Shown: positions 17,446 to 27,770, counted from the stretch's first letter. The stretch: 64,000 nucleotides of DNA from Verrucomicrobiota bacterium (GCA_039818205.1 JBCBUK010000001.1:288001-352000); one strand, 5' to 3'. The notes: a model not told the origin generated them from the sequence alone. Numbers and translations: made by a program.

Positions 17446-18144
17446 TTAAGACTCAAGATTCCTTGGATCTGGTTCAAAACCATCAGGATACCACTGAGGC
17501 GGCCATTTCTTGCCAAGATAGTTGATCGCAAATCGATTTCGTCTGGTTACAACGCAATCAAGTGGAAATAGCCAAAGATTTGTCCACTTATGTTCATGCG
17601 CTAATTCGATTACTTTTCGAGTACAAATGTAGCCGCCAGGCCGTGGATTCATAAGCCGGGAGAAATCCTCTCCACTCCATGTTTCCATCAAAGGAATTCT
17701 TCTTCCAGGCGTCCAACCCTCCAAAATCCTTTTATTATTCTCCGATAAGTGTAAGCCGCTTAGACCATAAGCTAAATCGTCAACCCGAAGCTTTCCTTTT
17801 GATTTAATCCAATAATATTTTGGAGGTGTAAGCTTAGAAAGAGACCTACTTTCGACATTCTCAATAACTACATCATTGAACTCAATTCCAGTCACATTCT
17901 CTCTCCTGAAAACATCAACAACATTATCACTTATCAAAACGGGCCCTGCACTGGACCTTAAAATATCATACCATTTGGTTCCGAAGTCTCTAAAGTCAGC
18001 TCTAGCAGTTCCAAAATAATCATAAGCGTGGCCTTCGTATTCTCCCAAATCTACTGTCTCTTTCCGATCAAACTGCAGATCGCAAAACGGAACTGAGTCG
18101 TGGAATGTAAATGTGAAAAGCTTTGGCTGTAAGATTTCTTGCAT
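17446..18144 (-). CDS. Hypothetical protein, Imm11/DUF1629-like putative toxin immunity protein
   Basis: DIL...GPVLISDNVVDVFRRENVTGIEF...PKYYW and WSGEDF...ICTRKVIELA motifs; visibly AT-rich relative to its flanks. Confidence 0.55.
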   Translation of the reverse strand: MQEILQPKLFTFTFHDSVPFCDLQFDRKETVDLGEYEGHAYDYFGTARADFRDFGTKWYDILRSSAGPVLISDNVVDVFRRENVTGIEFNDVVIENVESRSLSKLTPPKYYWIKSKGKLRVDDLAYGLSGLHLSENNKRILEGWTPGRRIPLMETWSGEDFSRLMNPRPGGYICTRKVIELAHEHKWTNLWLFPLDCVVTRRNRFAINYLGKKWPPQWYPDGFEPDPRNLES

Positions 18145-18321
18145 TTAATTCGACTAATTATATTTCGTCCACATGTCCGCAAGCTTTTCTGGCACCATTG
18201 TATCGGCAGTGATGGGCTGGATAGCTAGCCGTGGCTAAAGTATGTTGGTAATCGTTGCGAAAAGGGAAAGTGTTGCTAATACAACCTGTACGCTTATCTT
18301 TTCGATTAGTTTGAAATCACT

Positions 18322-20214
18322 ATGAGCTACCAAAGATCAGCACTGTACACGCTATTCCTCATCTTGGCGGCAGAAATTGGCTACGGGCAAGATGTGGCGC
18401 TTGAATGGCTTTCCAAGCCGGGCGAAAACTATCTAATTGAACAAAGTAGCGACTTATCTGCCTGGGAAACCGAGCAGGAATTCGAAGCTGAGGGGTTCGT
18501 ATCCACCGTTCCCCTAGACCCTACTGAAGCCGCCGAATTCTGGCGCATTGGCTGGCCAGGTGCGCAAAGCTGGATCTTGCAGCAAACCGCCGAGCCGTTC
18601 GCCACCTATTTAGTCGAACAAAAGAAGCTCGTTCCGGGCATAATGATCGGTGTTACCTGGAATGGGAAACGCTGGTATCATACCGCGGGCGTTGCGGACT
18701 CTATGGGAAATCCTTTTTCTCAAACGACGCCCTTTCAAATTGGATCGGTCACCAAAGTTCTCACGACGGCAGTCTTTGGACGCAAGGTGGTGAGCGGTGA
18801 GATTTCATTAGTTGAACCCGTCCAGAATTACACAGAAATTGTCTCGTCGCTGGAGCCGTCAATGCAGCCCTTGACCCTTTTTCAGCTCTCGACCATGACC
18901 GCCGGGCTTCCGAGCACACCACCCCTTTGTAGCCAGTCTGGTAGCGTTGTTGGTTGCCTGCCCAATGGCCGTCCAGAATACACCCAATATACGCCTGCGG
19001 ATTTGATTTCCTATTTGGAAAACGTCACACCCCAGACTTTTAGTGAAATTGACGGCGGTTCACCGACCGGAACGACTTCGCTTCCCGCACCCTGGCACTA
19101 TGCGGATATCTCAACGGGTATTCTGGGACTGCTCCTGCCCTACGATACGGATGAGCCTTTTTCCAACAACCCGGTTGAAGACTATTGGAGTGAGGTAACG
19201 ACCAACCTGCTTCAGCCACTGGGTATGCAAGATACTATGCTGAGCGCTATTGATGGTTCCCAGCTTCCCGGATCGGCCGAAGGCTTCAACAATGCGACCG
19301 CTAATCCCACCGTCGACAATGGCGCGATCACATCCCTAAACCCCGACTCTCCGGGAGACGCTTACGAAAGCGTCCCAACGGTCTCCGTCAGCGGTGGGGG
19401 GAATAATGCGCAATTCGAAGCCGTGGTCAGCAACCAGCAAGTGACTAGTTACACGTCGACTGACACCGGGTCAGGATACAGTAAAACCGCAATTGTTACG
19501 GCTGGAGGTAATTCTACAACAACCGCCACATTAGTCCCCACGGTGAATTTACAAGGTGGAATTGAGAAGATCATCGTCATCAGTGGTGGTGCTGGTTACG
19601 ATGACAGTGTTGTCGTGAGCGCTACCGGTAGCGGTTCCGGATTCACCGCCACAGCCACCGTGATCGATGGAGAAATCTATGAGGTCATTGTGACCGATCC
19701 GGGTAGTGGATACGGCCCGCCGATCGGCGTGGATATATCACTGCCATCTCCGACTGTTTCACCAGTTCCCGCTTGGGCTGCAGCTGGCGCCGCCCAGGCT
19801 AGCATGCGCGATATGTTGAGCTTTCTTGAAGCAACACTCGGCCATTCAGAAGTTAACGGTAACACCGTACCCGCTGACTTGACCGATGGATTAGCCCTGG
19901 CAATTACGCCCTATACCCCAACCGGAGGAACTTCCGGAAATTTCGCTGGGTTTGCCTGGTCAGTGATCCCCGAAAACATCTATGTCACTCCGCCGCTTCC
20001 AGGGTATGCTAGCAAAAATGGCAGCCTACCAGGATTTGCCACCCAAGTGGTCGTGGTTCCCGATCTCGATTTGGGTATCGCTGTTTTTATAAATAGCAGA
20101 AACAACGAGGCCTATGCCGAAATGGTGGCGGTCCAGCTTCTCAAAGCACTTATGGTGAATATGAGTCTCCCCGAATTCACAGCCAGCGCGCGTTTACTTG
20201 AGCCCACCGATTAA
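18322..20214 (+). CDS. Secreted serine hydrolase, beta-lactamase class C/PBP-like fold, with an extra N-terminal domain and a beta-repeat insertion
   Basis: FQIGSVTK (SxxK), LSTMTAGLP, WHYAD (YxN-like), LLQPLGMQDT, AAAGAAQAS, SKNGSLPGF (KTG-like); signal peptide. Confidence 0.85.
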   Translation: MSYQRSALYTLFLILAAEIGYGQDVALEWLSKPGENYLIEQSSDLSAWETEQEFEAEGFVSTVPLDPTEAAEFWRIGWPGAQSWILQQTAEPFATYLVEQKKLVPGIMIGVTWNGKRWYHTAGVADSMGNPFSQTTPFQIGSVTKVLTTAVFGRKVVSGEISLVEPVQNYTEIVSSLEPSMQPLTLFQLSTMTAGLPSTPPLCSQSGSVVGCLPNGRPEYTQYTPADLISYLENVTPQTFSEIDGGSPTGTTSLPAPWHYADISTGILGLLLPYDTDEPFSNNPVEDYWSEVTTNLLQPLGMQDTMLSAIDGSQLPGSAEGFNNATANPTVDNGAITSLNPDSPGDAYESVPTVSVSGGGNNAQFEAVVSNQQVTSYTSTDTGSGYSKTAIVTAGGNSTTTATLVPTVNLQGGIEKIIVISGGAGYDDSVVVSATGSGSGFTATATVIDGEIYEVIVTDPGSGYGPPIGVDISLPSPTVSPVPAWAAAGAAQASMRDMLSFLEATLGHSEVNGNTVPADLTDGLALAITPYTPTGGTSGNFAGFAWSVIPENIYVTPPLPGYASKNGSLPGFATQVVVVPDLDLGIAVFINSRNNEAYAEMVAVQLLKALMVNMSLPEFTASARLLEPTD

Positions 20215-20390
20215 AACGGAACAAACATCTCAGGCTCATGGGTTCGTACCCATTACTGCTGATGAATTTTATCAAATTCTTTTGACCCGTTCTTTTTGCG
20301 TTACCATTCGCCCCTGTTGGCTTCGCAGTGCTTGCTGCGGTCGAGGCGCCGTCGGGGTATTTCTCCGCGGACAATACAGACGACACGGCA

Positions 20391-20480
20391 TCACTGAGTT
20401 CTCCGGCGGCGGCGCGCCAGGGCAAGCAAGGCCGCCAGACCAGCGATCGCCGCCGTCGCGGCCGGCTCCGGGACTGTGAT
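20391..20480 (-). other. PEP-CTERM motif (VPEP + TM helix + Arg cluster)
   Basis: VPEP-AATAAIAGLAALLALA-RRRRR-TQ-stop. Confidence 0.95.
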
Positions 20481-23400
20481 GACACTTAACACCAAGGAAC
20501 CGCTATCAACATTCAGGTCCAAGAGCATGCCATTCGGGAGCCCGACGAACGAAGCATCGTTGTAGAATTCCGTTGGGATATCATTGGGGGTGGTGGATGC
20601 GGCGATAAGCGTCATTTCATCCCCCACTTGGAGATGGCTCCCATTGTCGACCAATACGATTTCCAGTGAGCCATTAAAGGTTCCGAATGATGCATTAAAG
20701 ACCAAGGAATCAAAAGACTCCTGGGATTCTACATCGAATTTAAGGATCGCCTCCTCATTCGAATTCTGGGTGTAGTTTTGCAGCATTTCCGTTTGCCCAA
20801 TATCTTCGCCTGCGATGGAAAAAAGACCATAGTCTTGCATGACCGCCTGAACATAGTCTCCCGAATGGAAGGTTCCCCTCACCTCGTTGGTAAACATGCT
20901 GTCTGAATCAGCATTCTCGATGCTAATGCTACCAGAAAGTCGACCGTGATTACTGATCATGTAGATCTCGGTGCTGTCAAAGCCCGCCAAGCCGACAGCT
21001 TGTTTATCATAGGGACTGGTGACCTCACCGCTAAAGTTGATCGTAACGGTATTGGTAATATCATCTGAATTGCTTCCGCGGCCGCCACTTACCATAATTC
21101 CGTCGCCCTGTTCGCTTGAAACCAAGCCGTCGACATTAATCATGATGGCGTTACCGGATTTGCCATTCCCGACGACGCTTTGGGCAAAGATTGCAGTAGT
21201 AGCCGATCCATGGGTTCGGATCCTCGCTCCAAGACCAACATTGATGGTCAGTTCACCGCTTTTGTATCCTTCCTCGGAAGAGTTATCTCCACCGGTACTC
21301 CCAGCGAACTGATTGAACAACCCGCCCCCACCGCCGATGATTTGAGCCACGACTCCGTTGGCTCCTTTACCGTGCGTTTCGATATCGCCATTTAGATGGA
21401 GGGTAACATCATCTCCGTAGCCGCGAGCAGCATCGCTTTGGGTGGTTGTATTCACGGTGATGGCCGAGCTACCGTCAGGATTGGCAATACCGCCCCCACC
21501 ACCGATACTCTGAGCGACGAGCCCATGGGATCCTGTCCCAGTGGTGGTAATACTGCTCCTATTCGTGGGAGTGCCAGCGAGGGTCAGATCAATAATGCCG
21601 CCATCGCGGGTGTCCTGATTTGAGTCATTGATGGTTAGCCCGAGGCTGACTTCGCCATCCGTTTGCTTGGACGTGGCAATCCCACCGCCGCCACCAATGC
21701 TTTGCGCTACCAGACCGAAGGCATTGTCCCCGCTCGTCTTGACCTCGATATGTCCCCTTTCCATGGAAACCTCATTACCGTTACCGAACGTATCCTGCCC
21801 ACCAAGGGTAAGGCTTGGTCCCGTTACGTCATCTAGGCTTCCCGAATAATCTTCGGTAGCACCCGTGCCGGCTACGCCACCGCCACCACCAATTGATTGG
21901 AGAATGATACCATGGGCGGCCGTTCCTTTCGTTTCCACCGATAGGGCATCGGCGCTCAAGGCAACCGTCCCGCCGTCCCGGGTGCTATCGCTGCTTTGCC
22001 CTCCTAGAGTCATAGTCCCCGAGGCCGCACTGGAGCCGTCGGTAGCGATCCCGCCACCGCCACCAATACTTTGGGCCAAAACTCCGTAGGCACCAAAGCC
22101 ACCGGTATCACTTCCAGTTGAGACCTTTGCGGTTCCGGCATTGATTTCGACCGCCCCGCCCTCACCGTGGCCCTCAGGCGAGCCCAGCACAACGGTGAGT
22201 TTCGGAATCGCCCTTGAATGGGTTCCTGAAATCGTGTCCCCCTTGCCTCCCCCAGCTCCGATGGATTGCGCCAGCAATCCAATCGACCAATCGCCCTGAG
22301 TACTGGTCGTTTTTTTCGTAGACTGATCCAACGATAGCATTGCTGCGTGATTCAGATTGATGATCGTAGAACCACCATTGCTTGGATCACCGCCGTCACT
22401 GTCCGTATTAATCCCGAAGGTCATACCAATTGAAGGAGTCGAGGTAACATCAATACTTAGCGGCCTAACGTGACTACCTTGCGTAACCACACCGCCACCA
22501 CCACCAACGGACTGGGCAAGGATGCCGACACTCTGGTGCCCCATTGTACTAACGTGATCGTTCTGGTCGACCTTAACGGATCCCCCGGAGCCTGCCGAAT
22601 CACTATCGCTAACCGCAACGAAACCCAAACTAAGCGTACTTGAAATATCGAGTGTGGCATCGCCACCGATACCGCCACCGCCGCCAACCGACTGGGCAAG
22701 AACTCCATGTGATGCGTAGCCCTCGGTAGCAATGGGCGATACACCGGCGATCACCGTGACCTCTCCACCGTCTCCACCGTTTCCACCGTTACCACCCACA
22801 GCGACATTGACGCTGCCACTCTCGGTACTCCCATGACTTGAAGAGGAATAAGCAGAGCCCGCGCCACCGACGCCACCGCCACCGCCGATCGACTGGGCAA
22901 CGACCCCATGTGAACGCGCACCATTCGTTGTCAAGCTACCGAGGTTATTGACCCTCACTGTATCGCCATCACCGCCACCCTTTCCCTGGCCACCTACCGA
23001 AATGCTTGAGGTGTAGGAGTTCGCGGGTATCGTACCTTCTTGGATGACGGCGTTGCCACCGGCACCGCCACCGCCACCAATTGACTGGGCCAGTATCGCA
23101 GTCGAATCTCCCTGCATCGTCACGATCGATGAAGAATTACTAACCGTAGCTAGGCTACCGTTGCCGCCATTCCCGCCGGAAGCCCCGATCACGAAATCAA
23201 TATTATAGGTTACGGCACCACCACCGACACTTCCGCCTCCGCTATTTCCGCCACCGCCGCCAACAGACATAGCATGAATGCCGCGAGAGCCAATGCCGTC
23301 TGTTACGATGCTACCTTCATTCTCGACGAACGCATCTCCTCCGGTACCGGCCGCACCACCGCTTCCTCCAATGACCATGTTAAGGCTCGCTTGGGTCGGG

Positions 23401-26327
23401 TCGTCGTCGTCATCTCCCCCGACGTCAATATTCTTTGAACTTGCTGATCCGGTACCGCCGTTACCGCCCCCACCGCCAATTGATTGGACGACCAGGCCAG
23501 AGGCATTCAAGCCGTTGGTTTCGATCGACGACGTAGCCTCGAGACTAACACTAGCGAACCCACCATCGCCACTGCTGCCACCACTACCACCATGGCTAAC
23601 GCTCAAAGTGACCGAGGGTGCGTCAGAGGCAAGGGCAGAGCTTAAAGCGTTAGAATCACCACCGTTGCCGCCGCCACCACCGATACTTTGAACGAGCGCA
23701 CCATGGGCGCCATCACCCCAGGTCACAATCGATCCCGAGTTATAAAACTCAGATTCACCGCCATCACCACCTGAACCACCAGAACCGCCCGTTGCAACAG
23801 CAACCGAGAATGCCGTCGGATCGTCGTCGAGCGGGTCGACAACGGCGAGTGAAAGCGCCGATGCCGAGCCACCATGGCCACCCCCGCCACCAATCGACTG
23901 GACGATCGCCCCGATGGAGTCCGCACCTTCGTTCGCGGTCAACCCAAACCGTGGCGTTGTCACTGATTGACCGGTGGTAATTTCCCCGCGGTTCGTTAGA
24001 TAAATGTCGCCGCCTGGACCTCCGTCGCCGCCGGCTCCGCCGACTGCGACCGCAATGCTGATGGAGACGGTTGCATCGATACTGGAGGCACCGCCACCCG
24101 TTCCTCCGCCGCCGCCAATACTTTGAATGATAGCGCCTGGGGAGCTGTCCCCAATCGTCGTGATGGTGGCGTTCTCCCCGATCGTAGCTGATTCCGATAA
24201 ATTCAAGTTGTCGCCAATTTTGCCACCCGCACCGCCTTTGCCGCCTTTTCCACCAACCCCAACGCCCGTGGGCAGGGCAACGGTATAGGCCGTGGCACCG
24301 CCACCATGACCACCGCCGCCTCCTACGCTCTGAGCGATCAATCCGCTAGAGTAGACGTCATTGGTCGATATTTCGCCATCAATCAAAAAGGAGATGGTGC
24401 CTCCTTTTCCGCCATTCCCTCCACCGCCACCAACATCGACGAAAAAGCCTTCTGAATTGCCACCGTTGCCGCCACCACCACCGATCGACTGGGCGAGAAT
24501 GCCGATTGAGTTTGCATCCTTGGTGGTTAGCGAACTGCCGCTCGTAGTCACAATATCAATCGCTCCGCCGTTACCACCAGCCCCACCATGGTCACCAACG
24601 AACAGCGAAGACTTGTTACCCGCACTGCCGCCGCCGCCGCCGATAGACTGAGCCAAGATACCAACCGATGCCTTAGAATCACCGGTGCCATCACCAGTGA
24701 CAATTATTCCGGCGTTAGTGATGCTCACACCGCCACCATCGTGGCCAATCCCGGTACTTCCGGTCGGGCCATTGCCGATACTCAAGCCAATCGGATTGTC
24801 TTGGTCTGACCGGTTCGCTTCCTGCAAATTGTTGAGCAAGCCGCCGCTTGCACTACTCAACCCGACAATGCCGTGGGCAGCGCTGCCAATCGTGGTGATT
24901 GCGCCATCCTCCGCGTTCTCAATGATCACCTGCTTGCCACCTCCCTTGAAATCACCGTTACTTCCCAGGTAACTATTCTGCTGTGCCTGACCGCTGCCCG
25001 TTGTGGTAACTACGCTCGCTCCTCCAATACTCAGAGCAGCAATCCCGACCGAAGTATCGCCATAGGTGGAGATTTCGCCCGCGTTTCGTACCGCTACCTC
25101 ACCGCCCTTACCGTCGCCTTTCGTGTCGATGGGCTCTTGGGTACTCGAAAATGGATCGATCAACTGATTTCCGGCAGCACTCACTGCGAGCACTCCAAAT
25201 GAGAGCGCAGACCCGCCTTGCTGGTTCCCGACGGAAATCACGGAATCTTTTTCCACGATCGCAATGACACTACCACCTTCAATCGCAATATCGCTCGTGT
25301 CAGAAACCGGCGAAACCTCGCTCAACGCAAATACACCAACGCCATTGAGCTCAATCGAGGACTTTTGCTTTAGGATAACATCGACGGCACCACCAATAGC
25401 TATGTCTTGGGAGTTCTCATCTGGAAACTGAGCGCCTGTAGTGTTCGCAAAAATTCCCACACTAGAATCGGCATTGCCTGCGATCGCACCGCTGTGGGTA
25501 ACCGTAACCTTGTGGACTTTACTTGGGTCATTGAAAAACCCTTGGTCCGCCTGGCCGGCAGCAGATGAGGCCGAGATGCCAGCAGTGAGAACCGAGGAAT
25601 CTGTTTGGTTGACGGTGATCAATGACCCTCCAGAAATATCAACGTTAACCGTGCTACCGGTGCGACTGCTTCCATGATCGCCCTGCAGGCCAAAGGATAC
25701 CGCAGTAACCGCACTCAGTTGAGCCGTCCGTAGGCCAGCGGGCTCCAGCTTAATCGCATCCTCTCCGGGGGTTTCGGATCCGACTCCAGACACGGTGATA
25801 TCGTCAAAAATCGAGACGTTGACATCTGAACCAATTCCAGCGACCGCATCCGGGTTGGGTTGGCCAAGTGCCAGAATGGCCGCATTGCCAATGAAATCCG
25901 TGTCATCAGGAGCGAGGATGTTGGATACAACAAGCGGCCCATGACTATTGACCGTCAGCGGGCTTGTCTCCGGGAAACCACCGTTGACTGTGGGTGCGCC
26001 CATGTTCGACACAAACTGAAACAGAGACACATTAAATGGTGCACTCGGGTCGTAGGTGATCGAAGCAAGCAAATCGACTTCAAGAGGAATCAATTGGTCG
26101 GAACCGTTCGCCTCCAAAATCACATACCCGGGAAGTTTGGGGTTCACCACACCCGCGGGAAGTTGAGCAGAAGCACTGGAAAATTCGTTTTGGGTTCCAA
26201 TTTGAAATCCGTCGGAGGCCTTAAATATCGGAGAATCGTCAGCATTGGCTGGGACCGCGATCAGACACATCCCAAGGATCATCAGCGATAGGACGCCACC
26301 AACGGCTGCTCCGGTTTGACGAATCAT
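20391..26327 (-). CDS. Giant Gly-rich QSIGGGGG-repeat (autotransporter-passenger-like) protein with C-terminal PEP-CTERM sorting signal
   Basis: About 18 (A/V/I)QS(I/V)GGGGG-type repeats; ends VPEPAATAAIAGLAALLALARRRRRTQ; signal peptide from ATG 26327 (ORF open to 26444). Confidence 0.9.
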   Translation of the reverse strand: MIRQTGAAVGGVLSLMILGMCLIAVPANADDSPIFKASDGFQIGTQNEFSSASAQLPAGVVNPKLPGYVILEANGSDQLIPLEVDLLASITYDPSAPFNVSLFQFVSNMGAPTVNGGFPETSPLTVNSHGPLVVSNILAPDDTDFIGNAAILALGQPNPDAVAGIGSDVNVSIFDDITVSGVGSETPGEDAIKLEPAGLRTAQLSAVTAVSFGLQGDHGSSRTGSTVNVDISGGSLITVNQTDSSVLTAGISASSAAGQADQGFFNDPSKVHKVTVTHSGAIAGNADSSVGIFANTTGAQFPDENSQDIAIGGAVDVILKQKSSIELNGVGVFALSEVSPVSDTSDIAIEGGSVIAIVEKDSVISVGNQQGGSALSFGVLAVSAAGNQLIDPFSSTQEPIDTKGDGKGGEVAVRNAGEISTYGDTSVGIAALSIGGASVVTTTGSGQAQQNSYLGSNGDFKGGGKQVIIENAEDGAITTIGSAAHGIVGLSSASGGLLNNLQEANRSDQDNPIGLSIGNGPTGSTGIGHDGGGVSITNAGIIVTGDGTGDSKASVGILAQSIGGGGGSAGNKSSLFVGDHGGAGGNGGAIDIVTTSGSSLTTKDANSIGILAQSIGGGGGNGGNSEGFFVDVGGGGGNGGKGGTISFLIDGEISTNDVYSSGLIAQSVGGGGGHGGGATAYTVALPTGVGVGGKGGKGGAGGKIGDNLNLSESATIGENATITTIGDSSPGAIIQSIGGGGGTGGGASSIDATVSISIAVAVGGAGGDGGPGGDIYLTNRGEITTGQSVTTPRFGLTANEGADSIGAIVQSIGGGGGHGGSASALSLAVVDPLDDDPTAFSVAVATGGSGGSGGDGGESEFYNSGSIVTWGDGAHGALVQSIGGGGGNGGDSNALSSALASDAPSVTLSVSHGGSGGSSGDGGFASVSLEATSSIETNGLNASGLVVQSIGGGGGNGGTGSASSKNIDVGGDDDDDPTQASLNMVIGGSGGAAGTGGDAFVENEGSIVTDGIGSRGIHAMSVGGGGGNSGGGSVGGGAVTYNIDFVIGASGGNGGNGSLATVSNSSSIVTMQGDSTAILAQSIGGGGGAGGNAVIQEGTIPANSYTSSISVGGQGKGGGDGDTVRVNNLGSLTTNGARSHGVVAQSIGGGGGVGGAGSAYSSSSHGSTESGSVNVAVGGNGGNGGDGGEVTVIAGVSPIATEGYASHGVLAQSVGGGGGIGGDATLDISSTLSLGFVAVSDSDSAGSGGSVKVDQNDHVSTMGHQSVGILAQSVGGGGGVVTQGSHVRPLSIDVTSTPSIGMTFGINTDSDGGDPSNGGSTIINLNHAAMLSLDQSTKKTTSTQGDWSIGLLAQSIGAGGGKGDTISGTHSRAIPKLTVVLGSPEGHGEGGAVEINAGTAKVSTGSDTGGFGAYGVLAQSIGGGGGIATDGSSAASGTMTLGGQSSDSTRDGGTVALSADALSVETKGTAAHGIILQSIGGGGGVAGTGATEDYSGSLDDVTGPSLTLGGQDTFGNGNEVSMERGHIEVKTSGDNAFGLVAQSIGGGGGIATSKQTDGEVSLGLTINDSNQDTRDGGIIDLTLAGTPTNRSSITTTGTGSHGLVAQSIGGGGGIANPDGSSAITVNTTTQSDAARGYGDDVTLHLNGDIETHGKGANGVVAQIIGGGGGLFNQFAGSTGGDNSSEEGYKSGELTINVGLGARIRTHGSATTAIFAQSVVGNGKSGNAIMINVDGLVSSEQGDGIMVSGGRGSNSDDITNTVTINFSGEVTSPYDKQAVGLAGFDSTEIYMISNHGRLSGSISIENADSDSMFTNEVRGTFHSGDYVQAVMQDYGLFSIAGEDIGQTEMLQNYTQNSNEEAILKFDVESQESFDSLVFNASFGTFNGSLEIVLVDNGSHLQVGDEMTLIAASTTPNDIPTEFYNDASFVGLPNGMLLDLNVDSGSLVLSVITVPEPAATAAIAGLAALLALARRRRRTQ

Positions 26328-26712
26328 TTCGGTACACGTCAGTCTAAATCGGTAAGAAAATCTTTCTCCAAATCCGAGACACAGGCCATCGTTAGAATGC
26401 GAGCGGCAACGCAATGATTTTTTATGATACACAAGAGCTTTCATGGTAGAGATGGCACCGGGATGGCAGCAGTTTAAAACGGTGATCAGAGGCTCAGGTG
26501 AGATCAGTTCTCCTCTGATGCTAAAGAAAAGTCAAGAACCCTCAGCAATCTTTATCTACTTCAATCAATTAAAGTATAAGCGAGTTGAGCATAGAGATTA
26601 AGCAGAATCCATGCTCAGATTGAAGACTTGCATATTGATTCTCCATCTAGCCGCATCGAAACAAATTCAATTGTTGATTCAGTCCCTTGAACAGGTATTA
26701 TCAGGGCCACAT

Positions 26713-27675
26713 ATGACTGCTATCCCTGGTGACCCCCAACAAGGTATTGCCACAGTAATTCTTTCTCTAGCGATCATTCCTGAAAAGACCCAGGAATTTA
26801 AGGAGTATCAAAACGGACTCAACGAACGGGTTCGCCGTTTTCCTGGGTATGCAAGCACGGAAGTTTTTCCTCCCCAAGCCGGCGTTCAGGATCAGTGGGT
26901 CGTAATTTATCGTTTTCGCGGTGTTGATAATCTTAAGGCTTGGCTGGATTCAACTGAGCGCCATGAGCTTTCGGACAAAATCGATGGCTTACTTGAGAAT
27001 GAGGCATCGGTTCAGATGCTGGTTGAACGTGAGAAGGTGAACGCGGTTACGGCGGTGTTCACCCACCGCGTTAAGCCCGGCTGCGAAGAGGCCTTTGGCA
27101 AATGGCGAAAACGAATCATCGAATATCAATCACACCTGGACTGGATCCTTGGTTCAGAAACCTATGAGCCTTACGGCGAGATCTCACCGGATTATGTCGA
27201 CGTCGTCCGGTTTGCTGATGCGGAAGCACTGAATCGATGGCTAAAATCACCTGAACGAAAGCGTTTCATGGACGAGCTTGAGCCGCTCTTAGATGATTTG
27301 AAAGTTCAACAGGTCAATGCTGGACTAGACGCTTGGTTTACGCGCGGAAATGAGCGGAAGGATGATGGGGCGCCGCCTTCATGGAAACAAGCGATGACCG
27401 TGTGGTTTGTCCTCTACCCCACCGTTATGCTACTCAGCTACTATTTCAACCCGTTGTTTGGCGACATCTCACTCTCGCTTATGATGTTAATTTCAAACGC
27501 TGCAAGTGTTGCTCTGTTAACTTGGGCTTTGATGACTCCGGTCAACAAAATGTTAGGTTTCTGGTTAATGCCTGCGAAGCCAAGTATTACCCGCGACGTA
27601 GGCGTTGCGGTGGGACTATTCGCCGGATTGATTGCGATGTATTTCCTATTCGCCGCGATTAATCCATTAAAGTAA
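26713..27675 (+). CDS. Tandem antibiotic-biosynthesis-monooxygenase (ABM)-like domains with C-terminal membrane domain
   Basis: Two repeats of V/I-x-P-x-x-E-x-F...F-x-x-x-x-x-L-x-x-W-L-x-S-x-E-R; PPSWKQAM...LYPTV and TM helices; ATG 26713 preferred. Confidence 0.8.
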   Translation: MTAIPGDPQQGIATVILSLAIIPEKTQEFKEYQNGLNERVRRFPGYASTEVFPPQAGVQDQWVVIYRFRGVDNLKAWLDSTERHELSDKIDGLLENEASVQMLVEREKVNAVTAVFTHRVKPGCEEAFGKWRKRIIEYQSHLDWILGSETYEPYGEISPDYVDVVRFADAEALNRWLKSPERKRFMDELEPLLDDLKVQQVNAGLDAWFTRGNERKDDGAPPSWKQAMTVWFVLYPTVMLLSYYFNPLFGDISLSLMMLISNAASVALLTWALMTPVNKMLGFWLMPAKPSITRDVGVAVGLFAGLIAMYFLFAAINPLK

Positions 27676-27770
27676 CGGGTTTTGTATATACTCATTTACC
27701 CAATTCAATCTTCGGCTTCGGTGGTCGAATAGTTCAACCGGCGCAATCCCAACACCTATACCTTTTTCCC

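Noticed and set aside
18322..20214. Antibiotic-resistance beta-lactamase
   Set aside because: The fold motifs are shared with many esterases and peptidases, and YxN is altered; resistance cannot be inferred.
21300..24700. Periodic CCGCCACCGCC DNA repeats as CRISPR or tandem array
   Set aside because: Degenerate at codon third positions and irregularly spaced; explained by protein repeats.
21019..25677. Pro-rich plus-strand ORFs (PPPPPID repeats)
   Set aside because: Antisense shadows of the Gly-rich QSIGGGGG repeats.
26450..26712. Possible purine-sensing riboswitch upstream of the guaD cluster (hairpins ATCAGAGG/CCTCTGAT and TGAGCAT/ATGCTCA)
   Set aside because: No purine, guanidine or xanthine riboswitch consensus recognised by eye; an Rfam scan would be needed.
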